From the NCBI GenBank assembly GCA_963752285.1, contig CAVVXN010000004.1, forward strand, positions 128,001-192,000: 64,000 nucleotides of DNA. Reading direction: 5' to 3'. This DNA is from an uncultured Planctomycetota bacterium (GTDB taxonomy: Bacteria; Planctomycetota; PLA2; JAEUHO01). Below the pieces are notes generated by a model that was not told the origin of the DNA, made no database searches, and saw nothing but the letters and a program-made list of their open reading frames with translations. The position numbers were made by a program, and so were the translations under genes. Positions 28,776 through 37,100 of this stretch are shown piece after piece. The number at the start of each line of letters is the position of its first letter. Positions within the stretch are counted from its first letter, which is position 1.

Positions 28776-29198
28776 TCACACCACGCCCCGGTCCCGGCGG
28801 ATCCGATCGAGGATGCCGTTGATGAACGCGCCGGACGCCTCCGTCGAGTAGCGCTTGCCGAGCTCGATCGCCTCGTTGATGGCGACCTTCATCGGCACCT
28901 GGTCCTCGAAGAGGAGCTCGTAGCACCCGATCCGGAGCGCGTTCCGGTCCACCACCGCCATGCGTTCGAGGCCCCAGTTCTTCGCGGCTTCGGCGAGGAG
29001 CCGGTCGATCTCGTCCGCATGGAGGCGGACGCCGTCCACGAGCCGGCGCGCGTATTCGGAGGCCTCCTCGGCCCCCGGCTTGCCATGGAGGGCGCGCGCG
29101 AGGAAGCCGTCCAGCTCGTCGCGGCACGACCCGCGGTGCAGGTCGAGCTGGTAGAGGAACTGCAGGGCCAGCTCCCGCGCGCGCGTTCGAACCCGCAT
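28776..29198 (-). CDS. nusB: Transcription antitermination factor NusB
   Basis: RARELALQFLYQ, VDRNALR, VAINEAIELGKRY, FINGILD. Confidence 0.96.
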   Translation of the reverse strand: MRVRTRARELALQFLYQLDLHRGSCRDELDGFLARALHGKPGAEEASEYARRLVDGVRLHADEIDRLLAEAAKNWGLERMAVVDRNALRIGCYELLFEDQVPMKVAINEAIELGKRYSTEASGAFINGILDRIRRDRGVV

Positions 29199-29214
29199 CC
29201 CGTCGTCTCCGCCG

Positions 29215-29718
29215 TCAGGACCGGATCCGCGTCTCGAGTCGGCGGAAGAGGACGGCGAGGCGCACCGCGGCGTCCGCCGCCTCCGCGCCCTTGTTCCCGC
29301 CCTTCTGGGAGACGCCGCCCCCCTCCGTCCCGCTCCGCGCGAGCGCCTGCTCCTTCGTGTCGGCCGTGATCACGCCGAGCCCCACGGCGATCCCGGTCTC
29401 CTGGGCCGCCGCGAGGCACCCGTCCGTCGCGAGGCGGGCGACGTGATCGAAGTGGGGGGTCTCGCCGCGGATCACGCACCCGATCGCCACGACCGCGTCC
29501 GCCATCTGGGCGCGCGCGATCCACATCGCCGCCTGCGGCAGCTCGAACGCGCCGGGGACCTCGAGCAGGAGCACGTCGCCGTCGGCGACGCCGAGCGAGG
29601 AGAGGGTCTCGAGCGCCGCCGCGCGAAGCCGGTCGGTCACGTCCGCGTGCCATCGCGCGACGAGGACCGCGACCTTGAGGCCGCGGCCGTCCGCCTCGCT
29701 CGGGATCGTGTGCGTCAT
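29215..29718 (-). CDS. ribH: 6,7-dimethyl-8-ribityllumazine synthase
   Basis: VPGAFELP, GCVIRGETPHFD, GNKGAEAA. Confidence 0.96.
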   Translation of the reverse strand: MTHTIPSEADGRGLKVAVLVARWHADVTDRLRAAALETLSSLGVADGDVLLLEVPGAFELPQAAMWIARAQMADAVVAIGCVIRGETPHFDHVARLATDGCLAAAQETGIAVGLGVITADTKEQALARSGTEGGGVSQKGGNKGAEAADAAVRLAVLFRRLETRIRS

Positions 29719-29833
29719 GAGAAAGACCCTCGGGGCGGCGAATCGTACCGCCGGCTGCGCGCGCCGAGGCCGAGAGAAGGGGCGCGGACCCGGCACCGGC
29801 CCGCCTGCCGCCCTCCGGGTAGGATCCCGCTCC

Positions 29834-31045
29834 ATGACGTCGGTCGAGGAGGCGCTCGCCGAGGTCGCCCGGGCCCTCCCGGCGGCGACCCCCGCCCGGG
29901 AGGCGGTCCCGATCGACGCCGCGTTCCGGCGGGTCCTCGCCGCCGACGTCGCGATGGACCACGACGTCCCGGGGTTTCGCCGCTCGTCGATGGACGGCTA
30001 CGCGCTCGCCTCGGACCTCGTCCGCGCGGGGGCGCGCGTGCCGCTCTCGGGACGCGTCCTCGCGGGCGACCCGCCGCCGCCGCCGCTCGTGCGGGGGACG
30101 GCGGTCGCGATCACGACCGGGGCGCCGCTCCCCGAAGGCGCGGACCGCGTGGTGCCCGTCGAGTGGACGCGCCGCGAGGGCGACCACGTCGTGGTGGACG
30201 AGGTCCTGGCGGATGCGAGCTACGTCGTCGAGGCCGGCGCGTTCGCGCGCCGCGGCGAAGTGGTGGTCCACGCGGGAACCCGCCTCGGCGCGGGGCACCT
30301 CTCGGCGCTCGCGACGGCGGGCGTCGCCGAGGTCGCCGTGTTCCGGCGGCCCGAGGTCGCCGTGCTCGGGACCGGAAGCGAGCTCGTGGACGTCGGCGCG
30401 CCGGTCCCGCCCGGTCACGTGCGGAACTCGAACGGCGTGATGCTCCGCGCGCAGGCGCGGTCCCGTGGCGCCGAGGTGCTCGACCTGGGGATCGTCCCCG
30501 ACGACCGCGAGCGCCTCGGCGCGGCGGTCCGCGCGGGCCTCTCGGCCGACGTGCTGGTCCTGTCGGGCGGCGTGAGCCTCGGCGAGGCGGACCTCGTGCC
30601 CGCCGTGCTCGAGGCCGAAGGCGTGACGTGTCGCTTCCACCACTGGGGCGTGCAGCCCGGCGGTCCCCTCTGGTTCGGCGCGCGCGGGGAGACGCTCGTG
30701 TTCGGGCTCCCCGGGAACCCCGCCGCGTCCTTCGTCGGGTTCGTGCTCCTCGTCGCACCCGCGATCGCCGCGCAGTCGGGGACCCCGTTCGCGCCGCGCG
30801 AGGTCCGCCGCGCGCGGTACGAAGGGACGTGGGGGAAGCCGATCCACCGGCGTCGATTCCGACCGGCGCGTCTTCGGACCGGCGACGACGGGACGCTCGT
30901 GGCCGTCGCAACGCCGTGGCGCGGCTCCGGCGACCCGCTCGTCGCGGCGCCGGCCGACGCGCTCGTCGTGCTGCCCGAGGACGCGCCCCGACCCGCGGAC
31001 CCCGCCCCCCTCGTGGACGTCGTGCTGCTCGAGGAGGGGACGTGA
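29834..31045 (+). CDS. moeA: Molybdopterin molybdotransferase
   Basis: SSMDGYA, TGAPLPEGAD, TGSEL, SGGVSLG, GLPGNP. Confidence 0.94.
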   Translation: MTSVEEALAEVARALPAATPAREAVPIDAAFRRVLAADVAMDHDVPGFRRSSMDGYALASDLVRAGARVPLSGRVLAGDPPPPPLVRGTAVAITTGAPLPEGADRVVPVEWTRREGDHVVVDEVLADASYVVEAGAFARRGEVVVHAGTRLGAGHLSALATAGVAEVAVFRRPEVAVLGTGSELVDVGAPVPPGHVRNSNGVMLRAQARSRGAEVLDLGIVPDDRERLGAAVRAGLSADVLVLSGGVSLGEADLVPAVLEAEGVTCRFHHWGVQPGGPLWFGARGETLVFGLPGNPAASFVGFVLLVAPAIAAQSGTPFAPREVRRARYEGTWGKPIHRRRFRPARLRTGDDGTLVAVATPWRGSGDPLVAAPADALVVLPEDAPRPADPAPLVDVVLLEEGT

Positions 31046-32961
31046 GCGGGGAGACGTCGCCGCGAAGGAGCCTCGCGCGGCGGACCCTCCTCCTCTACGC
31101 CCACCCGGGCGCGGGAACGGGGTGGCTCCTCCTCCTCGCCGGCCTCGTGCTGGAGACGCTCTCGCTCCCCCCCGGCCCCGCGCCCGTCCTGGTCCTCGCG
31201 GCGGACGTCCCGTTCCTCTGGCTCGCGGGCGGCGCCGCGAACGGACGCTGGCGGCGTTGGACCCTCCTCTACGCGCTCCTCCACTTCGGTCTCGCCCTCC
31301 GCTGGCTCGGCGAGGTCCACCCGGCCGAGGTCCTCGGCGCCGCGGTCGTGCTCGCCCCGGTCCTCTTCCTCGCGGCGGCGCTCCTCCGGGTCGCCGTCCG
31401 ACGCGGCGCGCCCTACCTCGTCGCCGTCCCCTCGGTCTTGGTGCTCGAAGAGCTCCTCCGCACGGTCTGGTTCGGGGGCATGCCGTGGCCCTCGCGTTCG
31501 CTCGCCTTCGCCGAGCTGCCGGCGCGGCTGGGGGACCCGCTCCTCGCGTCCACCGCGTACGTCGGCGGCTACGGGCTCGTCTTCCTCGCGGCGGCCTCGG
31601 GCGCCGCGCTCGCCGCGCTCCGGCCCGCCTGGGCGCTCCCGCGGCGCGTCGTCCCGCCGGCGGCTCCCTCGCGCGCGGCCTGGGCCGGGCTCCTCCTTCC
31701 GGCGCTGGTCCTCGCGGCGCTCCTCGGGCTCGGGGCGCTGCGCCGGGCCGACGTCGCGGGGCGTCTCGCCTCCGGCGAGATCCTCGACTCCGGCGGCGCG
31801 CGGCTCGTCGCGGCGCAGGGCGCGATCCCGCAGGACCTGAAGCACGCCGATGCGAGCGACGCGCCCATGCGGATCTACCAGACGCACCTCGGCCTGACGA
31901 GGGACGCGCTCGACGCGGAGGCGCGCGCGGGCCACCGCGTCCTGGCCGTCCTCTGGCCCGAGACGATGATCCCGTGGATCTTCCTCACGAGCGAGCTGGC
32001 GCACCGGTTCCCCGACGAGTGGGAGAACGTGCTCCGGATCCTCTCGCACCTCCGGGCGCTCGCGGACGACCCCGCCGACGTCCCGCGTCTCCTCCTCGGC
32101 GCGATCTGGCAGTACCGCCGCGACGACGAACGCCACGCCCGCGTCACCTCGTACGGGACGCACGACAGCCTGCTCGTGATCGACGCGGCGAAGATCCCCC
32201 CGACCGGCGCCGAGCCCCCGCCTCCGCCGCCGCCGGGCGCGCCCTACCCCTGGATCCTCGCGCGCCACGACAAGGTGGTGCTCGTGCCGGGAGGGGAGTA
32301 CACGCCCCTCGGCGAGCTGTTCCCCCCGCTCCGCTGGTTCCGGAACCTGGTCGCGGTGATCCCCGAGCTCGACCCCGGCGCGCCCGACCAGGCACCGTTC
32401 GTGCTCGCCGAGATCCCCTCCCCGGCGGGGCCCCGCGCGGTCCACGCCGGCACGGTGATCTGCTTCGAGCTCCTCTTCCCCGCGACGTGCCGCGGCTGGC
32501 GGCTCCGCGGCGCCGAAGTGCTCCTCAACGCCGCGAACTACGGCTGGTTCGGCCCGACCGGGTTTCGCGCCCAGATCCGCGCGGCCGCCGCGCTGCGCGC
32601 CGCCGAGACGGGGCTGACGGTGGTGATGGCGGGCAACACCGGACCGACCGCCTTCTGGGACCCGCTGGGCCGCCGATACGGCCTCTTCACGGACGAGCGG
32701 GGGCGGACCCTCCCTGCGGGCGGCGACGAGACGACCTTCGAGCCCGGCTGGGCGGCGGGACGCGTCCGCGCGGACCCGCGCCCCACCCTCTACGCGCGCC
32801 TCGGCGACCTGCCCTGGGTCCTCCTCGGGCTGGGCCTGCCCCTCCTCGGGATCGTCTCGTGGCACGTCCGTGACCGTTCACGCACAATGACCTCCCGCCC
32901 CGCCGGCGGCGGGTCGCATCCGGGGGGCGAGGCCGCCCGTCCGGAAGGTGAAAACCTTTGA
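31042..32961 (+). CDS. lnt: Apolipoprotein N-acyltransferase
   Basis: TM domain plus nitrilase triad WPE, HDKVVLVPGGEY, ICFE; GNTGPT. Confidence 0.88.
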   Translation: MSGETSPRRSLARRTLLLYAHPGAGTGWLLLLAGLVLETLSLPPGPAPVLVLAADVPFLWLAGGAANGRWRRWTLLYALLHFGLALRWLGEVHPAEVLGAAVVLAPVLFLAAALLRVAVRRGAPYLVAVPSVLVLEELLRTVWFGGMPWPSRSLAFAELPARLGDPLLASTAYVGGYGLVFLAAASGAALAALRPAWALPRRVVPPAAPSRAAWAGLLLPALVLAALLGLGALRRADVAGRLASGEILDSGGARLVAAQGAIPQDLKHADASDAPMRIYQTHLGLTRDALDAEARAGHRVLAVLWPETMIPWIFLTSELAHRFPDEWENVLRILSHLRALADDPADVPRLLLGAIWQYRRDDERHARVTSYGTHDSLLVIDAAKIPPTGAEPPPPPPPGAPYPWILARHDKVVLVPGGEYTPLGELFPPLRWFRNLVAVIPELDPGAPDQAPFVLAEIPSPAGPRAVHAGTVICFELLFPATCRGWRLRGAEVLLNAANYGWFGPTGFRAQIRAAAALRAAETGLTVVMAGNTGPTAFWDPLGRRYGLFTDERGRTLPAGGDETTFEPGWAAGRVRADPRPTLYARLGDLPWVLLGLGLPLLGIVSWHVRDRSRTMTSRPAGGGSHPGGEAARPEGENL

Positions 32962-32986
32962 CTCGCCATGGCGGCTCTGCCATAAC
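32958..32986 (+). promoter_or_regulatory. Sigma70-type promoter for the coiled-coil gene
   Basis: TTGACT-N17-CATAAC; the spacer contains the palindrome CGCCATGGCG. Confidence 0.55.
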
Positions 32987-33092
32987 CCGTGACGCCCGCG
33001 CGACCTGGGGCGGTCCAGGAGGGTGGCGCCGCACGAGGCGGGCGCGTTCAACGGACGCGGTGTCCCGAACGGGGGCCCGCGAGGAGTAGCGC

Positions 33093-33941
33093 ATGAGCAC
33101 CGTCGCCAAGATCCTCGTCGTCGTGAACCTCGTGCTGGCCGGCGCGTTCCTGGCATCCGCCTCGAACCACCTGGGTCAGCAGGAGACCTGGAAGACCAAG
33201 CACGACGCCGCGGTCGCCGACTACGAGCAGAAGCTCGCCGAGAAGGACAAGGTCAACGCGAGCCTCAAGGCCACGAACGACGCCCTCGTCGCCGAGGACA
33301 ACGACATCAAGCAGTCGAACAGCGCGCTGAAGAAGGAGAACGAGACCGTCCGCGCGCAGAACGACCTGCTCAAGACCGGGATCACCGAGTTCCAGAGCCA
33401 GAACGACCGTCTGACCGCAGCCGTCCAGACCGCGCAGGAGACGATCAAGTCGCTGCGGGACATGAACGCGGGGCTCCAGAACGAGCGGGCGACCCTGGCC
33501 GACCAGGTGCGTGCGGCGCTCGACCAGAAGGAGGCCGCGATCCGCAGCCGGAACGAGACCGAGGTCCAGAACGAGACCCTCCTCGCGACGAAGCAGCAGC
33601 TCGAGAGCAACATCGAGGACCTGAAGACGCAGCTCAACAGCGCCCACCTGACGGCCGAGAACGCCCTGTCCAACGGTGGCGGCGCCGCTGGGACCGCGAT
33701 GGACCAGCCCGCGCAGACCGGCATGGTCCTGATGAGCGACCCCTCGACGAACGTCGCGGTCATCTCCCTCGGCGCCGAGGACGGTGTCCGCCGCGGCTTC
33801 CGTTACACCGTCTCGCGCGGCAGCCAGTACGTGACGACCCTCGAGATCACCGACGTCGAGGCCAAGCAGTCCGCCGGTCGGTCCGTGAAGGACCTCCAGA
33901 AGAGCCCGATCCAGAAGGGCGACCGGGTCATGAGCCGCTGA
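33093..33941 (+). CDS. Membrane-anchored long coiled-coil protein with small C-terminal beta domain
   Basis: N-terminal TM, roughly 170-aa heptad-rich region, C-terminal VAVISLGAEDGVRRGFRYTV; GAGGAG RBS. Confidence 0.85.
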   Translation: MSTVAKILVVVNLVLAGAFLASASNHLGQQETWKTKHDAAVADYEQKLAEKDKVNASLKATNDALVAEDNDIKQSNSALKKENETVRAQNDLLKTGITEFQSQNDRLTAAVQTAQETIKSLRDMNAGLQNERATLADQVRAALDQKEAAIRSRNETEVQNETLLATKQQLESNIEDLKTQLNSAHLTAENALSNGGGAAGTAMDQPAQTGMVLMSDPSTNVAVISLGAEDGVRRGFRYTVSRGSQYVTTLEITDVEAKQSAGRSVKDLQKSPIQKGDRVMSR

Positions 33942-33966
33942 CCGAGGCCGCGAAGGAGATCCCCCC

Positions 33967-34155
33967 ATGGCACGTGACGTGTACGAAGACTCCGACGCCG
34001 CCGACGCCGAACCGCAGCGCGACGCGCTCGGCAACGCCCTGGTGGTCCTGACGACGATCCTCCTCCTCGGCGCCCTGGTCGTGATCCAGCTCTCGCTGAA
34101 GGACCACTTCAACGCCGGCATGTTCGGCGGTCCCCCGCAGTCGTCCGGCAGCTGA
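33967..34155 (+). CDS. Small single-TM hypothetical protein (62 aa)
   Basis: AAGGAG RBS, acidic N-terminus, one TM helix, GC3-rich codons. Confidence 0.72.
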   Translation: MARDVYEDSDAADAEPQRDALGNALVVLTTILLLGALVVIQLSLKDHFNAGMFGGPPQSSGS

Positions 34156-34190
34156 CGCCGAGGAATTTCGGCGACACCCCCCGGCCTCCC

Positions 34191-34242
34191 GACGCCGGGC
34201 GCGGGCATCCCGAGCACGGGACTCGCGCCCGGCGTCTCGTTT
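34191..34242 (+). terminator. Long hairpin / intrinsic terminator before mreB
   Basis: GACGCCGGGCGCG...CGCGCCCGGCGTC 13-bp stem with inner TCCCG/CGGGA stem, followed by TCGTTT. Confidence 0.55.
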
Positions 34243-34357
34243 CGGGGGAACCCCCGGTCCCTCGGCGCGTGTATCTTCCCGCCCGGAGGCGCGTCGCGGG
34301 CAGGACAGAGGGTTCGGTTCACCCCGGGGCCGCCACCGAGAGGACGGGACCTCGACC

Positions 34358-35410
34358 ATGGCGAAGGTGCTCGAGTGGCTGATCGGGAAGTTCTCCGTAG
34401 ACATGGGGATCGACCTCGGGACGGCGAACACCCTCGTCTGCGTCCAGGGCCAGGGGATCATCCTGAACGAGCCCTCGGTGGTCGCCGTCAAGAAGGGCAC
34501 GAACAAGGTCCTCCTCGACGGGCGCGCGGTCGGTGACACCGCCAAGGAGATGCTCGGGAAGACCCCGGGGAACATCGTCGCGATCCGTCCGCTCAAGGAC
34601 GGCGTGATCGCCGACTTCGAGATCACCGAGGCGATGCTCCGCTACTTCATCCGCAAGGTGCATGACCGCACCTGGGCGGTGCACCCGCGCGTGGTGATCG
34701 CGATCCCGTACGGCATCACGCCCGTGGAGAAGCGCGCGGTGATCAACAGCGCCGAGCGCGCGGGCGCCCGCAAGGTGTTCCTGATCGAGGAGCCGATGGC
34801 CGCGGGCATCGGCGTGGGGCTGCCCATCACGGAGCCGCAGGCCTCGATGATCGTGGACATCGGCGGCGGCACCACCGAGGTCGCCGTCATCTCGCTCGCC
34901 GGCATCGTCACGGCCCAGAGCGTCCGCGTGGCGGGCGACGAGATGGACGAGGCGATCATCAACCACATGCGGAACACGTACAACCTGCTCATCGGCGAGC
35001 AGACCGCGGAGAAGATCAAGATCGGGATCGGCAGCGCGTACCCGCTCAAGCGCGAGATGACGATGGACGTGAAGGGCCGCGACCTGAAGCAGGGCCTCCC
35101 GCGCAAGGTCGTCGTGACGAGCGAGGAGATCCGCGAGGCCCTCCAGGAGCCCGTGCGCGGCATCGTCGAGACCGTGAAGGCCACGCTCGAGGCGACCCCG
35201 CCCGAGCTCGCCGCGGACCTCGTGGACAGCGGCATCGTGATGGCCGGCGGCGGCGCGCTGCTCCGCGGCCTCGACCGGGTGATCGCGGAGGAGATCAACC
35301 TCCCCGTGCGCGTCGCCGAGGACCCCCTGACCGCCGTCGCGCGGGGTACGGGCGTGTTCCTGGAGAAGATCCGCGACCTCAAGGTCGCGCTCGACGCCGG
35401 CGAGGACTGA
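34358..35410 (+). CDS. mreB: Rod shape-determining actin homologue MreB
   Basis: [40 protein letters not shown]. Confidence 0.97.
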   Translation: MAKVLEWLIGKFSVDMGIDLGTANTLVCVQGQGIILNEPSVVAVKKGTNKVLLDGRAVGDTAKEMLGKTPGNIVAIRPLKDGVIADFEITEAMLRYFIRKVHDRTWAVHPRVVIAIPYGITPVEKRAVINSAERAGARKVFLIEEPMAAGIGVGLPITEPQASMIVDIGGGTTEVAVISLAGIVTAQSVRVAGDEMDEAIINHMRNTYNLLIGEQTAEKIKIGIGSAYPLKREMTMDVKGRDLKQGLPRKVVVTSEEIREALQEPVRGIVETVKATLEATPPELAADLVDSGIVMAGGGALLRGLDRVIAEEINLPVRVAEDPLTAVARGTGVFLEKIRDLKVALDAGED

Positions 35411-35516
35411 CCCCGGGCGCGCCGAGACGCGAGGACCCGGATCGTTTCGCGCGGCGGACCGCCCCCGCGCCGCCGACGCCGCGAACCGCTCCCTCACACC
35501 CTCGGCGAGAGCGCCC

Positions 35517-35544
35517 TTGACGCGTCCCTACTCGCGGCTTCAAT
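35517..35544 (+). promoter_or_regulatory. Candidate internal sigma70 promoter upstream of mreC
   Basis: TTGACG-N16-TTCAAT within a 330-bp intergenic gap. Confidence 0.45.
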
Positions 35545-35739
35545 ACCACCAGTGGGGGAGGATTCCCGCCTTCTCCCCCCCGGGTTGAGGTCGGCGGCCG
35601 TGGGGCCGGCGAGGTGATGTCCGAGGTGGCCGGCGGGGCCCGGTCCGACGCCGTCGGAGGGGGCAGGCATCCTGGGCCCGACCTGCGCGGGACCCGGGAT
35701 GGTGGTCTCCGCGCCGCGTCGGTCTCGAGGAGGACGGCG

Positions 35740-36579
35740 ATGCGGTTTCGGCGACGACACGCGTGGGGAGCGATCCTGATCGCGCTCTTCGCGCTGCCGG
35801 TGCTCCGGCCGCAGGGGATCCCGTTCCTCGAGCGACCGGTCGCGTCGTTCTTCGCCTGGTTCGAGGCGGTCCCGGCGCTGAACCCTCGCCTCTGGTCGGG
35901 GCGCGACGCGGACGACGAGTCCGACGGACCGCGCGCGCGCGCCCTGGCGGTCGAGAACGCGTTGCTGCGCGAGCACTTCGCCGAGCGCCTCCAGGCGCAG
36001 CAGGACCTCGGCCGGACCCTCGAGGCCCTGCAGGACGCGGGGCTCGACCGTCTGCCCCGTGCCGTCTCCGCGCGTGTGCTCCGGTCCACGGACGCGTCGG
36101 GCTGGCGCCAGAGCATCCTCATCGATCGAGGCGAGGACGACGGGCTCGAGCCGGGCGTCGTCGTGGTGTCGGGACCCGTCCTCGTCGGCCGCGTGGAGGT
36201 CGTGGAGGGCCGCTCGGCGCTCGTGAAGCTCTTCACGGACCGGCAGAGCCGCCTCGAGGTCGCCATGCGGTCGGACCGCGGCGTCCGCCTGACCGGGTTC
36301 GTCCGCGGCGAGGGCGCGGCGCGGCCGGGCGACGACCTGCTCGTCCGCGACGTCCGGGTGGGGGAGGACGTGGGGCGCCTGCTCCCGGGCACGCCGGTCG
36401 TCACGTCGAACGAGGACGTCCGCGTTCCGGCGGGGCTCCTCGTCGGCTGGATCACCGAGGTTCGCGACAAGGACCTCGACGGCCTGCCGACCGTGCGCCT
36501 GCGTCCCGCGTTCGACCTCGCCCGGACGACGCGCGTGTTCGTCCTGCTCCCCCCGACGGGCGCCAGCGCCCCCAAGTAG
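35740..36579 (+). CDS. mreC: Rod shape-determining protein MreC
   Basis: TM, ENALLR coiled coil, IDRGEDDGL, LVGRV, VVTS, PAGLLVG. Confidence 0.88.
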   Translation: MRFRRRHAWGAILIALFALPVLRPQGIPFLERPVASFFAWFEAVPALNPRLWSGRDADDESDGPRARALAVENALLREHFAERLQAQQDLGRTLEALQDAGLDRLPRAVSARVLRSTDASGWRQSILIDRGEDDGLEPGVVVVSGPVLVGRVEVVEGRSALVKLFTDRQSRLEVAMRSDRGVRLTGFVRGEGAARPGDDLLVRDVRVGEDVGRLLPGTPVVTSNEDVRVPAGLLVGWITEVRDKDLDGLPTVRLRPAFDLARTTRVFVLLPPTGASAPK

Positions 36580-36593
36580 CGAGGGAGGGGGAG

Positions 36594-37100
36594 ATGTCGG
36601 TCTTCGTGCTCTGGAGCCTGATCCTCGTCGCGGTCGTCGTCCCCGACATCGCCCCGCACGCGCTCGGGATCGGTTCGCACCCGCCGGACGTGTGGGTCCT
36701 CGTCGTCGCGTACCTCGCGATCCGAGGCAAGGGCTACTCGGCCGTCGGCTGGGCCATCGTCCTCGGCCTCGTGCGCGACAGCCTCTCGCTCGACCCGCTC
36801 GGGACGCACGCGTTCGTCCTGGGCACCGTCGCCTTCCTCTTCTGCGAGGGTCCTCGCCACCGCGGGCGCATCGACGGCGTCCTCGCGCTCGTCGTGACGC
36901 TGGCCGCCGGGCTCCTCGCCGGGTGGATCTACGTGCTCCGCGTGCTCCCGCTCGGCGGCCCGCCGCCGTGGGCCGCGCTCTGGCACGCGATCCCCGTCGC
37001 CGGCTTCACCACGCTCCTCGCGCTCGGGCTGTTCCCCTTCCTCGATCGCCATCGTCTCCTCGACGATCTCGTGGGCCGCACGCGTGGCCTTCCAGCGTAG
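36594..37100 (+). CDS. mreD: Rod shape-determining protein MreD
   Basis: All-hydrophobic; PD..VLVV, GLVRDSLSLDPLG; follows mreC. Confidence 0.82.
   Translation: MSVFVLWSLILVAVVVPDIAPHALGIGSHPPDVWVLVVAYLAIRGKGYSAVGWAIVLGLVRDSLSLDPLGTHAFVLGTVAFLFCEGPRHRGRIDGVLALVVTLAAGLLAGWIYVLRVLPLGGPPPWAALWHAIPVAGFTTLLALGLFPFLDRHRLLDDLVGRTRGLPA

Noticed and set aside
35545..35582. MraZ-box-like GTGGG repeats upstream of mreC
   Set aside because: No clean 10-bp-period GTGG[G/A] array; the sequence is better explained as a hairpin.
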